Below, one piece after another: positions 8,785 through 18,181 of a stretch of DNA of 64,000 nucleotides. The translations under genes were made by a program, and so were the position numbers. A model generated the notes under the pieces. It was not told the origin of the DNA and did no database searches. It saw only the letters and a list, made by a program, of their open reading frames with translations. The stretch's first letter is position 1. Every line of letters begins with the position of its first letter. Origin of the DNA: an uncultured Syntrophaceae bacterium (GTDB lineage Bacteria; Desulfobacterota; Syntrophia; Syntrophales; UBA2210); the NCBI GenBank assembly GCA_964394725.1, contig CAYMYS010000002.1:4497-68496 (forward strand). Direction: 5' to 3'.

Positions 8785-9140
8785 TATTCAGTTTCTTCTC
8801 AAGAAAGGGTCACTCTTTTTTATTGAAGGCGTTCAAGCACAAATTTCTTTCAGCGGTCATTAAGATGGATTTTGAAAATAAATCTTGGTGAATCGGAAGA
8901 AGAGCAATTCCAATTATTTGAACCCGAAGGGCGAGTTTTGGAATCGCCTGAAGCAAGCCTCAGATTTATCAAAAAGCATCTTGGTACGTTAGTAGTTATT
9001 TTCTGCTTTTTACAGAAAATAACTACGTTAATGCATTTATGCCCTTTAGTGGTACTTACCCCGTTTATCGGGGTTAGACAAGCTACGAGAAATGCGTACA
9101 ACTAACCCCTTCAATACGAAAGTGGTTACAGCGCATGAAA

Positions 9141-9168
9141 AGCGGATTTTCTTATGAGAAAATCCGCT
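9141..9168 (-). terminator. Intrinsic terminator after the trxB / zinc-ribbon transcription unit
   Basis: A perfect 12-bp stem, AGCGGATTTTCT-tatg-AGAAAATCCGCT, about 40 nt downstream of the 9210 stop. It is followed by TTTC on the minus strand. Confidence 0.6.
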
Positions 9169-9209
9169 AAAGCACTGCTCGGCCGACAGACTGCCGGCGG
9201 TTAGAAGCC

Positions 9210-9404
9210 TCAGGTGCTGCCTGACGATGGCGCGCAGGTGGAACAAGATCCACCACATCCGGGTTTCGCAAGGGTAGACATGAGCTTTTCCGCTCCCTTC
9301 TCGCCACAGACGGGACATTCAACGTCACTGTCGCCACTGCTTGAAAAACTGATTACTTCAAATTCATGCTTACACTTCCTGCATGCATATTCATAGATTG
9401 GCAC
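9210..9404 (-). CDS. FmdB-family zinc-ribbon protein
   Basis: MPIYEYACRKCKHEFEV...CPVCG has two CxxC pairs. The Cys/Gly/Ser-rich tail is usual for this family. Confidence 0.8.
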   Translation of the reverse strand: MPIYEYACRKCKHEFEVISFSSSGDSDVECPVCGEKGAEKLMSTLAKPGCGGSCSTCAPSSGST

Positions 9405-9437
9405 TATCTTCTCTCCTTCACAATTCCTGGTAATTTT

Positions 9438-10403
9438 TTAATAGGACTGTCCCTTCAGTTCATCGACATACAATTCTGCATTATAGGCCGCTGTGGCCCC
9501 TTCGCCGCAGGCGTTGATAATCTGACGAAATGACTTCTCGACGCAATCGCCGCAGGCAAAGATACCGGCCTGCGATGTAGCCATACCCCTATCTGCAATA
9601 ATATAACCATAGGAGTCGACTTTGACAAGACCGCTCACAATATCCGAAACAGGATCGAGACCGATGAAGATAAAGACACCGTCGACAGAGATTTCTCTCT
9701 GCTCCCTGGGTTTCGTCACACCCCTGATCCGCGCACCCGTCACTGCCGTTTCACCCAGCACCTCTTCCACCACCGAATCCCAGGCAAATTCAATCTTTTC
9801 ATTGGCAAGTGCCCGCTCCTGCAGGATGGCCGTTGCACGCAGGCGATCCCTTCGGTGAACGATGGTGACCTTTTTGGCAAATTTCGTCAGAAAGAGGGCC
9901 TCCTGAACGGCCGTATCGCCACCCCCCACAACGATGACATCGCTGTTGCGGTAAAAGGGCCCGTCACAGGTCGCGCAATAGGAAACACCTCTACCGGCAA
10001 ACTCTTTCTCTCCCGGAATGCCAAGCTGCCGCCAGACGGCGCCCGTAGATATAATCATGGCAAGCGCCCGGTATTCACCTCTGTCGGATTTCACCTTCCA
10101 GGCCGGGATGTCTCCACAATTTTCCGCCTCGATGGATAGGACCTGTTCCGGTTTCATTTCCATACCGAATGAACCGGCATGATCCTTGAGCCGTGTTATC
10201 AGTTCCGGTCCAGTGATCTCGGGCAGTCCCGGATAGTTTTCCACAACATCCGTTATGGTAATCTGGCTTACGGTGACATTCCCTTCAAGTAACAGGGTTT
10301 TCATGCCAGCCCTCGACGTATAGAGCCCCGCCGTTAATCCTCCCGGTCCACCGCCCACTATAACAACATCATATACACCCTCTGGAATCTTGATCTCCGT
10401 CAT
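9438..10403 (-). CDS. trxB: Thioredoxin-disulfide reductase
   Basis: Has an FAD GxGxxG motif (VVIVGGGPGG), the redox-active CATCDG motif, and a second NADPH-binding GGGDTA motif. Confidence 0.9.
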   Translation of the reverse strand: MTEIKIPEGVYDVVIVGGGPGGLTAGLYTSRAGMKTLLLEGNVTVSQITITDVVENYPGLPEITGPELITRLKDHAGSFGMEMKPEQVLSIEAENCGDIPAWKVKSDRGEYRALAMIISTGAVWRQLGIPGEKEFAGRGVSYCATCDGPFYRNSDVIVVGGGDTAVQEALFLTKFAKKVTIVHRRDRLRATAILQERALANEKIEFAWDSVVEEVLGETAVTGARIRGVTKPREQREISVDGVFIFIGLDPVSDIVSGLVKVDSYGYIIADRGMATSQAGIFACGDCVEKSFRQIINACGEGATAAYNAELYVDELKGQSY

Positions 10404-10431
10404 ATTTCACCCCTATTATAATTTCTGTTTC

Positions 10432-11877
10432 TTATCCCTTTATACATCCCACTGCCCTCAGTCTGGCAACCTTCTTCGACAGACCCACCCGGTGAACGAC
10501 ATCGACTACCTCATCAACGTCCTTATAGGCCTCGGGGATTTCTTCGTGCAGTGTCCTTTTTCCCGTGGCCATAACGAAAACGCCTCGCTCGGCCATCTCG
10601 CGCCCTATCGATCGTTTCCTGCTTTCCTTGATTGCCCGTGATCTACTCATGACTCGTCCCGCCCCGTGACAGGTACTGCCGAAGGTCTCGGTAAATGCCT
10701 TCTCCGTACCGGCCAGTATATAGGAACCCGTCCCCATATCTCCCGGAATGAGAACGGGCTGCCCCACAGAACGATATTTTTCCGGGAGCGAGACATGGCC
10801 GGGAGGGAAGGCACGCGTGGCGCCCTTTCGGTGGACACACACTGTGCGCTTTTTCCCCTCGCAGGGGAATTCCTCAAATTTTGCTATATTGTGGCACACA
10901 TCATAGAGAAGGTTCATCCGCAACTCACGGGGCGACATCCCCAGGGTCCTTTCAAAGGTTTGCCTCGTCCAATGCATCAACATCTGTCTGTTGGTCCAGG
11001 CATAATTTGCAGCACAGGCCATGGCGGCATAGTATTCTTTTCCTTCATTCGATGCAATGTAGGCGCATGCCAGTTGCCTGTCGGGCAGGGGAAAATCCAG
11101 CTTATGAATATGTTTCACCATCCGGGCCAGATAATCGTCGCAAACCTGATACCCCAGGCCCCGCGAACCACTGTGTATGACAACGGCAACCTGACCCAGC
11201 TCCAGGCCGAAGGCCCGAGCCGTTACATCGTCAAAAATCTCTTCGACAACCTCTATCTCAAGAAAGTGGTTCCCCGAACCGAGTGTCCCCAGCTGCGCCC
11301 TGCCGCGATCCAGCGCCCGGTCACTCAGGCATTCCGGGTCGGCACCTTCCATTTTACCCCCATCTTCGGTAGTCACCAGGTCTTCGGGGGAACCGTATCC
11401 ATTCTTTACGGCCCATGCCGCACCGTCACGCAATACCTTTTTTTCTTCCGTGATGGAGAGTTTCAGGTCTCCCCTGGAACCCACACCCGATGGAATATCT
11501 CTAAAAAGGGCGGTCACAAGATTTTCAAGCCGCCCCTTAATGTCGGGAAAGGTGAGCCCCGTAGTCATGACACGGACACCGCAATTGATGTCATAGCCAA
11601 CTCCTCCGGGAGAAATAATACCCTCTTTCATATCGAAGGCCGCAACACCCCCTATGGGGAAACCATACCCCCAGTGCATATCGGGCATGGCAAAGGAGTA
11701 GTTGATAATGCCGGGAAGGTGCGCCACATTGGCAACCTGTTTGGGACTTTCATCGGAACCAATCCCCCCGGCCATCTTCTCGCTGGAATATATCATGCCG
11801 GGGACACGCATCCCCCCTGTTGGTGGCACGATCCAGCGATTCTCGTCGAGCCTTTCTATCGTTATCTCAGACATCAA
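10432..11877 (-). CDS. rtcB: RNA 3'-phosphate/2',3'-cyclic-phosphate ligase RtcB
   Basis: A 481-aa protein with RtcB motifs (PDMHWGYGFPIGG, GYDINCGVR, GSGNHFLE, HSGSRGLG, CHNIA..., STCHGAGR). Confidence 0.95.
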   Translation of the reverse strand: MMSEITIERLDENRWIVPPTGGMRVPGMIYSSEKMAGGIGSDESPKQVANVAHLPGIINYSFAMPDMHWGYGFPIGGVAAFDMKEGIISPGGVGYDINCGVRVMTTGLTFPDIKGRLENLVTALFRDIPSGVGSRGDLKLSITEEKKVLRDGAAWAVKNGYGSPEDLVTTEDGGKMEGADPECLSDRALDRGRAQLGTLGSGNHFLEIEVVEEIFDDVTARAFGLELGQVAVVIHSGSRGLGYQVCDDYLARMVKHIHKLDFPLPDRQLACAYIASNEGKEYYAAMACAANYAWTNRQMLMHWTRQTFERTLGMSPRELRMNLLYDVCHNIAKFEEFPCEGKKRTVCVHRKGATRAFPPGHVSLPEKYRSVGQPVLIPGDMGTGSYILAGTEKAFTETFGSTCHGAGRVMSRSRAIKESRKRSIGREMAERGVFVMATGKRTLHEEIPEAYKDVDEVVDVVHRVGLSKKVARLRAVGCIKG

Positions 11878-12286
11878 AAATAACCCGTGCAGTCAAGCCA
11901 TGAGAGACCTTTTTGATCTCTGTCCGATGATAGGTCACTGCCTTCACCTCCATATGCAGGCAGTGCCTGTCGGGATCAAAAAATTCTCCTCTCACAGTCC
12001 CCTTAATATGCCTTTCGTCTATTTCGGAGACGAGAAAATCCTGGAGGGATAGCCCCTCGCCGTTAAAAAGATAGAGGATCTCTCTCAAAAAATTCACCAG
12101 CAGGTCCTCAAATCCGGAACCCTCTATATGAATATCCCGCTCCACCTTCCTGTTTACAATATTAATATCGGTCATTATATCAAAAAGTGCGTAGGCTGCA
12201 TTAGAAAAAAGTTCACTTTCGTCCTTTCCGTATATTTCGACGCCCAGATCTGCCGTATGGTCGAAGAGGGTATATGTATTGTTCAT
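11867..12286 (-). CDS. Archease (RtcB activator)
   Basis: A 139-aa protein with an FDHTADLGVEIYG N-terminus and a VKAVTYH C-terminal motif. It overlaps the rtcB start by 11 nt. Confidence 0.9.
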   Translation of the reverse strand: MNNTYTLFDHTADLGVEIYGKDESELFSNAAYALFDIMTDINIVNRKVERDIHIEGSGFEDLLVNFLREILYLFNGEGLSLQDFLVSEIDERHIKGTVRGEFFDPDRHCLHMEVKAVTYHRTEIKKVSHGLTARVIFDV

Positions 12287-12308
12287 TCCTGATAATTCCT
12301 TTTCGTAA

Positions 12309-13094
12309 TTACTGTATCGTCTTCCCTCTAAACCTGAAGTCTTTCAGGTTTACACCGAGGGAAAGGTCTCTTTGAAGTGACACAAGCGATCGCGAGAGGA
12401 GGGCATCTTCCCTGTGCCCATAAATCGCCGCCCCCACCTTTCCCGGTATTGTATGCGCCACAGCCAGTATGTCATTGAGTGTGCCGATCTCTTTCAGTAA
12501 CCGGGCTGCAGTTTTCGGTCCTACGGACGGCACACCGTTGATATTGTTCGTCTTGTCGCCCGCAAGGGCCAGAAAATCTATAAACTGGCCTGTCGTGACG
12601 CCGAATTTGTTCACTACATATGTGCTGTCCAGGTCCCTGTTGTTGAAATGATCATGCAGTGAAATAAAATCGTCGAGGAGCTGAATAAATACCTTGTCCG
12701 TTGAAAGTATGACGGCATGATCTTCACGGGCCGCCACCTTCGATGCCAGCGTGGCAATGACGTCATCTGCCTCCTCTCCGGCCACGGTGAAGGAGGAAAC
12801 GCCGCTCTGTAAAAATGACTCTTCAAATTTCTTCAGTCCCTTTTCCAGCACCGCCGGCATGGGATCTCGTCCCGCCTTATAGTCTGCAAAGAGTCGATGA
12901 CGCCATCCCCTTTCTTTGCTGTCGAAGACACAGAGGGCGTGTGTCGGCTGTGCCTCGCGAAGGGCACGTTGTAAAGACTGGTTCGTTGCCGTTATAGCCC
13001 CTTCCACACGGTCAGGGCCGTCTTCGCCCGGTTGTGCCGCATAAACACGACGTATCAGATTCAGGGCATCTACGAGCAGAAATTTTACATTCAT
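12309..13094 (-). CDS. xni: Flap endonuclease Xni (ExoIX, 5'-3' exonuclease family)
   Basis: LLVDALNLIRRVYAAQ..., DYKAGR, GEEADDVIATLA and GVPSVGPKTAARLL align along the whole length with E. coli Xni/YgdG as I remember it. The start is set at MNVKF (13094, AGGGGA RBS) rather than 13157. Confidence 0.85.
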   Translation of the reverse strand: MNVKFLLVDALNLIRRVYAAQPGEDGPDRVEGAITATNQSLQRALREAQPTHALCVFDSKERGWRHRLFADYKAGRDPMPAVLEKGLKKFEESFLQSGVSSFTVAGEEADDVIATLASKVAAREDHAVILSTDKVFIQLLDDFISLHDHFNNRDLDSTYVVNKFGVTTGQFIDFLALAGDKTNNINGVPSVGPKTAARLLKEIGTLNDILAVAHTIPGKVGAAIYGHREDALLSRSLVSLQRDLSLGVNLKDFRFRGKTIQ

Positions 13095-13254
13095 AATAAT
13101 TCCCCTGCAAGACAAGACTATCGGATATTGACGATAATTGCAAAACTTCACCTCCATGAAGGGGAAAAGGGTAGAGTGTTTTAATCAGTTGGCTGGGGAG
13201 GCCTGAGACTTCTGCACATTAATCAGTACAATCTTAACAGGAACGTCTCTTGCC

Positions 13255-14481
13255 TTACAGAGAGATCGAATCTCCCTCGGCGGCAGCAAAGCATTTGATG
13301 TCCAAATTACGATTCTGACAATATTCCTGCCCGATCCGTTCCATTTCCGCTACTTGATCGTCGCTATAGTCCGGTTCATGATGAAAGAGGTAGAGTGACT
13401 TCACCTGAGCCTCTTCGGCCAGTTTCATGACCTCGGTAATGGGGGAATGTCCCCACCTGACCTTGGAGGACCTGTACTCATCGTCAAAATAGGAGGCATC
13501 ATGTATCAGGACATCTACGCCTTTCAAAAATTCGACGAGTCTCTTCCTCTGAAAGAGGTCCCGTTGTTCAATATCGTCGGGAACCAGTTCGTTGTCGGTA
13601 ATGTATGCCACAGATTTACCGCTTGAGTTCGTCAAGCGGTACCCGAGGGTAACACCGGGGTGGTTGAGACTGATAGTCTTTACGGGAAGATCCTCGATTT
13701 CATATTCCCCTTCCGTGATGTCGTTAAAATAGACGCGCGAGGCGAATTCCTTTATGGTGATTGGGAAGGAAATACTATCCATCTGGCCCGATATGATCTC
13801 CCTCGTAGAAATTCCGCCGTGAGGACTCCCGTATACGGCCAGCTCATTCCCCTGGAGAAAGAGTATCTTGAAATAGGGGAACCCGTGTATATGATCCCAG
13901 TGGGGATGGGTGATAAAGAGATTCATTTTCAGGCGTTTCTTCAGTGACACAAGATAGGTGCCAAGATTTATAATTCCCGTACCGGCATCAAAGATAAAGA
14001 TCCTGTCCTTTGTCATTTCAACAGAAACACAGGGCGTATTCCCTCCGAACCTGAGTGTGTCCTTCCCCGGTTTTGGTATAGTTCCCCTGGTACCCCAGAA
14101 GGTGATCTTCATGGTGTCCTTCAGTACACGATCTATCTCTTCCACCAGGACAGCAGCGCTCACCGGTTTGGAGACATAGGCGTCGGCACCCTCTTCAAAG
14201 GCACGTTTGTAATCAAATTCGAATTTCTTTGCCGTAACGACGATGGTCTTTATGGAATCAAACTCTTCACGGCCCCTGATTTCGCCAAGGAGTGTAAAGC
14301 CATCCATTTTCGGCATCATAATATCCAACAGGACGGCGTGCGGCTGAAACTCCATTATTTCATCAATGGCAAGGGTACTATCCCGCAAGGTACGGACAAG
14401 AAAGTCCTCCTGAGTCAGAAGACGCTCTATTAAATCGAGAGAACCCTGGTCATCGTCTATAACCAATACTCTAGTCTTCAT
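13255..14481 (-). CDS. Response-regulator receiver domain fused to an MBL-fold hydrolase
   Basis: The N-terminal CheY-like domain has VLVIDDD...DIMMPKMDG...KP. The C-terminal beta-lactamase fold has ITHPHWDHIHGFP. The start is set at MKTRVLV (14481, AGGAGG upstream). Confidence 0.8.
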   Translation of the reverse strand: MKTRVLVIDDDQGSLDLIERLLTQEDFLVRTLRDSTLAIDEIMEFQPHAVLLDIMMPKMDGFTLLGEIRGREEFDSIKTIVVTAKKFEFDYKRAFEEGADAYVSKPVSAAVLVEEIDRVLKDTMKITFWGTRGTIPKPGKDTLRFGGNTPCVSVEMTKDRIFIFDAGTGIINLGTYLVSLKKRLKMNLFITHPHWDHIHGFPYFKILFLQGNELAVYGSPHGGISTREIISGQMDSISFPITIKEFASRVYFNDITEGEYEIEDLPVKTISLNHPGVTLGYRLTNSSGKSVAYITDNELVPDDIEQRDLFQRKRLVEFLKGVDVLIHDASYFDDEYRSSKVRWGHSPITEVMKLAEEAQVKSLYLFHHEPDYSDDQVAEMERIGQEYCQNRNLDIKCFAAAEGDSISL

Positions 14482-15498
14482 AATAGAAGAGATCCTCCTG
14501 GGAAAATAATTAACAGCACCAATCAAAACACCTTACCGGGGAAAACGTCCCATGTGTAGTGCGTTGATTTAATAGAGTATGTTTACCCGGCAAAGGTTCC
14601 CTCACCTTCAGAAAACCATCTTCCTGCACTGCACGAACAGTGGGACTTCCCGATAAGGAATCCGTTACGTTATCCTGTCCCTGATCTCCACCTGCATAGC
14701 GGTTGCACGGCACCCATGATCAGGTCTGATGTATTTATCCTGATCAAAGAGCAATGGACCATGATGATAAAAGAGGAACGTTTGCGGTAAATTATCACCT
14801 TTTTCACACTAAAGTCAATTATATAAGAAGGAAAAGGAATCTGAAGCTCGTCGCCACGGGCGAGGCTTCCCAACATTTTATAGAGCAGGTAGTGCATATC
14901 CCTCGACGTCGCGTTCCTATAGGGCGAGTTCAGGCATCACCTCATGACACCCGCATTACCGGCACCAATACATTGATATTTATAACGGAGTCTGGTATCT
15001 TGACACATTGCCAGAGAGAATCTAACGGGGATTGACAATGGATTACAGCATAATGGTAAACGGCATCGGTCATGCATTCTTACGGGAGTTCGGTTGCAGT
15101 TATAACCGCTGCGCAGACAGAAACCACGTGGCAAACACCTCCCTGTCGATTATCGCACGGGATGAAGGGGAAGGTAGTATATTGTATGGCACTCTGAGGG
15201 ATTGCCGGGAAGTGTACATGTCCCCTCTATTGGAGAGGAATTTGGTCTCTAGAAGAAACCCTGTATCGGGTATCAATATTGACATACCTAAAAAGTCATT
15301 TTCGAGTGGATTTGAGCATTTCGGGAAACAGATGATTGTGATGATTGCGTTAAGATAATCTAATTGTTTGAGTGCGTTAGTACGAGTTTTAGATTTTAGC
15401 CAGGCATCGAAATTATCCCCGAAATGGTCTTCCAGTGAGAAAATCTGACTTTTTGCCGAACCATCAATATTTAATCGAGCGATTGAAAGTGAGGAGCC

Positions 15499-16560
15499 AT
15501 GAAACAATATCTCATCACCATTGCAATGCTGATCCTCTTTACAATCCCTTCCTACGGATCCACCCTTCCATCAACAGACCCCCTGGACGCATTCGAAACC
15601 CTTGTAAAGAGGGACAGCGGTCTCTCTCTTCAGGAAAAGGAAGAGTGGATATCCCTTGCCCGTGGGACATTTCAGGGTACCCGCTTCTCTTTCGATTACA
15701 GCACCATACTGTACCCCATATTTTCTCAGGCAAAGTTTGATGAAGTGGATATGGCACGGGCTGCCAGGGTAGCCTTTCATTCCGCCCTGGCCATCGAGCA
15801 GGGTGGTCCAGAAGAGGAGGTTGTCGATCTTGCCCTCTTTGCCTTTTCCGTAGATCTGACACCGGAAGAGATCATTCTCTATGCCGCAATGACACAGAAA
15901 AGCGATGGCGCAGGCGTACCATTGCATGTTACACAGGAAATGATAAGAAATGCCAAATCGGAAAGCTGGTCGCCCTTTACCTTTACAACCATTATGGAGG
16001 GACTGATGAAGGCCGCCGCTGAAGGGCTGGATTCGGAAACGGTTGCCCTCTATATGATTATCTCCGTTGCTCAGAAACTGGGAACGGCGGATCAGATTGT
16101 CCGGGATGCCCTCGAGGATGGGAGAAATAGAATAAAAGCAAAAAGGGAAACCGCAAAACCGGCTCCACAAAAATCGAAGGTGAACCTCAATTATGATAGA
16201 TTCAAGGCCTCTATAGAATCCTTCCTCGGCACTCCCTATGTATGGGGAGGCAATACGCGAAGGGGCGTGGACTGTTCCGGCTTTACACGACTCGTCATGC
16301 AGGAAAATGGATACAATATTCCTCGCGTCAGCCGGGATCAGGCCCGCGTGGGTACAGAGGTACATACAACGGGACTGAACCTGGGCGACCTCCTCTTCTT
16401 TGACACCAAAGGGATGGGACATGTCACCCATGTCGGCATTTACCTGGGCGGTAATCTGCTCGTCCATGCCTCTTCCAGCAAGGGAGTAACTCTGGTGCTT
16501 TTCAGCGACAGGTATTTCAAATCACGATTCCTCGGCGCTCGAAGAATCGTCAGATATTGA
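15499..16560 (+). CDS. Secreted NlpC/P60 (C40) peptidoglycan endopeptidase
   Basis: Has a signal peptide and a C-terminal GTPYVWGGNTRRGVDCSGF...HVGIYLG...HASS catalytic Cys/His core. GAGGAG lies 6 nt upstream of the ATG. Confidence 0.85.
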   Translation: MKQYLITIAMLILFTIPSYGSTLPSTDPLDAFETLVKRDSGLSLQEKEEWISLARGTFQGTRFSFDYSTILYPIFSQAKFDEVDMARAARVAFHSALAIEQGGPEEEVVDLALFAFSVDLTPEEIILYAAMTQKSDGAGVPLHVTQEMIRNAKSESWSPFTFTTIMEGLMKAAAEGLDSETVALYMIISVAQKLGTADQIVRDALEDGRNRIKAKRETAKPAPQKSKVNLNYDRFKASIESFLGTPYVWGGNTRRGVDCSGFTRLVMQENGYNIPRVSRDQARVGTEVHTTGLNLGDLLFFDTKGMGHVTHVGIYLGGNLLVHASSSKGVTLVLFSDRYFKSRFLGARRIVRY

Positions 16561-16594
16561 ATCTGGGAAGTAGGGTCTGTGCCAACGCTATTCA

Positions 16595-17323
16595 ATGCAA
16601 AAATATAGTAACAAAAAAGTGGGCGCGACAGCTCAGTGCCACGGGAATGACGGGGAAATCGTGACCGAATTTGAAGAAATACTTGTGCAGGCGGCACATG
16701 GAATAGGGATGGAACTCTCGGAAGGAGAGATTGCCTCATTCCATACCTATTACCGAGAAATCCTCTTCTGGAACAAAAAAATATCGCTGGTCTCTGCAAA
16801 GTCTCCAACCGACCTGCCGGTAAAGCACTGTATCGATTCATTGACGGCAATGAAAGTGATAGGACATGATTGCCTCACACTGCTCGATATCGGTGCAGGT
16901 GCCGGATTCCCCGGTATTCCCATCAAGATCATGAGACCCTCGCTGAAGGTGACCCTTGTCGATGCACACCGCAAGAAGGTTTCATTCCTGAAAAACGTAG
17001 CGCGAAAACTGGATCTCAGCGATACGATTGTCTTGAATCAGAGAATCGAAGGGTTAATGCAGGACGAGCAACACCGGGGGATGTATGATTGCGTAATCTC
17101 GAGGGCAACCTTCGCTTTATCGAAATACCTTGACATGGCTGCACCCTTTCTCACCGCTCATGGAGTACTGATTGCCATGAAAGGACGAGGTATCGATGCC
17201 GAACTTGACGGCAACGACGACATAACCCGTCGAGCAGGTATCATGCTTGCCGAACGTCATGAAATCAGCCTGCCCGTCATAGGCGATAAGAGAATTATTC
17301 TTACCTTTAAGAGAACCGACTGA
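16595..17323 (+). CDS. rsmG: 16S rRNA (guanine527-N7)-methyltransferase
   Basis: Has the GidB/RsmG fold motif LLDIGAGAGFPGIPIKI and sits upstream of parAB. The start is uncertain: a GTG at 16661 with a GGGGA RBS is an alternative. Confidence 0.85.
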   Translation: MQKYSNKKVGATAQCHGNDGEIVTEFEEILVQAAHGIGMELSEGEIASFHTYYREILFWNKKISLVSAKSPTDLPVKHCIDSLTAMKVIGHDCLTLLDIGAGAGFPGIPIKIMRPSLKVTLVDAHRKKVSFLKNVARKLDLSDTIVLNQRIEGLMQDEQHRGMYDCVISRATFALSKYLDMAAPFLTAHGVLIAMKGRGIDAELDGNDDITRRAGIMLAERHEISLPVIGDKRIILTFKRTD

Positions 17324-17410
17324 CGGGTGAAAAGCAAAATATATCTTCTAAAGTGCACTTGTTTATGGTAGCATGTGAATGGTATATTGAGGGAGAAGTG
17401 CGATCATAAC

Positions 17411-18181
17411 ATGAGAAAAATTATATGCATAGCAAACCAAAAAGGAGGGGTTGGAAAGACCACCACGGCGATCAATCTAGCGGCATCACTGGCCGCCGCC
17501 GAAAAAAAAACCCTCCTCATCGATTGCGACTCTCAGGGAAATGCCACTAGCGGCATGGGAATCGAACGGGCATGTGTGCAGGAACGGAATCTCTATCACG
17601 CACTCACCGATCAGATTCCCCTCGAAGATACGATTATGAGCACAAAGATACCGACTCTCAGTATCATTCCCTCCAATCAGGATCTTATCGGTGCCGAGGT
17701 GGAGTTTGTATCCTTTCCCAATAGAGAAAAAAAATTGAAAAATCTTTTAGAGGCCGTCGACCCGTCCTATGAGTTTCTGATAATTGATTGCCCCCCCTCT
17801 CTCGGATTTTTAACGGTCAATTCCCTGGTGGCGGCCGACTATGTTCTCATACCGTTGCAGTGCGAATATTATGCCCTTGAAGGATTGAACCTGCTTCTCA
17901 ATACGATAAAACTTGTTCAGGCGAGGTTGAACCCCTCGCTCTCAATGGCAGGCATATTGCTAACCATGTTCGACACGAGAAATCGACTGTCACACCAGGT
18001 TGCCGATGAGGTGAAAAAATATTTCAGTTCCAAGGTATTCAAGACGGTCATTCCCCGCAATGTAAGGCTTTCGGAAAGCCCCAGTCATGGACTGCCAATA
18101 ATACTCTATGACATCAATTCGCGGGGTGCAATTTCATACATGGAACTTGCCAAGGAACTATTAACCAACGGGAGGATATAA
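17411..18181 (+). CDS. parA: Chromosome partitioning ATPase ParA/Soj
   Basis: Has the deviant Walker A motif KGGVGKTTTAINLA. The start is set at MRKIICI (GAGGGAG upstream); the track ORF begins at an upstream GTG (17375). Confidence 0.92.
   Translation: MRKIICIANQKGGVGKTTTAINLAASLAAAEKKTLLIDCDSQGNATSGMGIERACVQERNLYHALTDQIPLEDTIMSTKIPTLSIIPSNQDLIGAEVEFVSFPNREKKLKNLLEAVDPSYEFLIIDCPPSLGFLTVNSLVAADYVLIPLQCEYYALEGLNLLLNTIKLVQARLNPSLSMAGILLTMFDTRNRLSHQVADEVKKYFSSKVFKTVIPRNVRLSESPSHGLPIILYDINSRGAISYMELAKELLTNGRI

Noticed and set aside
9210-9404. I considered whether the Cys-rich tail of the zinc-ribbon protein (…KPGCGGSCSTCAPSSGST) marks a RiPP precursor.
   Set aside because: - Gly/Cys/Ser-rich C-termini are common in FmdB-family zinc-ribbon proteins.
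- No modifying enzymes (radical SAM, YcaO or LanM type) are adjacent.
10666-11883. A 405-aa ORF lies antisense to rtcB. Similar long antisense ORFs occur at 4647-5642 (331 aa, opposite iorA), 6641-7648 (335 aa, opposite paaK), 15571-16467 (298 aa, opposite the NlpC/P60 gene), 47969-48748 (259 aa, opposite DUF362) and 35533-36132 (199 aa, opposite the cyclase).
   Set aside because: - Each lies entirely inside a gene with strong family motifs on the other strand.
- Their translations are Arg/Pro/Gly/His-rich with no recognisable domain, which is typical of shadow ORFs.
12287-13254. I looked for a sigma-54 promoter in front of the xni-archease-rtcB genes, as expected for an RtcR regulon.
   Set aside because: - I could not see a GCAA-N5-GTGCCA motif (the minus-strand TGGCAC-N5-TTGC) in either upstream gap.
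- Its absence by eye is not proof, but there is nothing to report as a feature.
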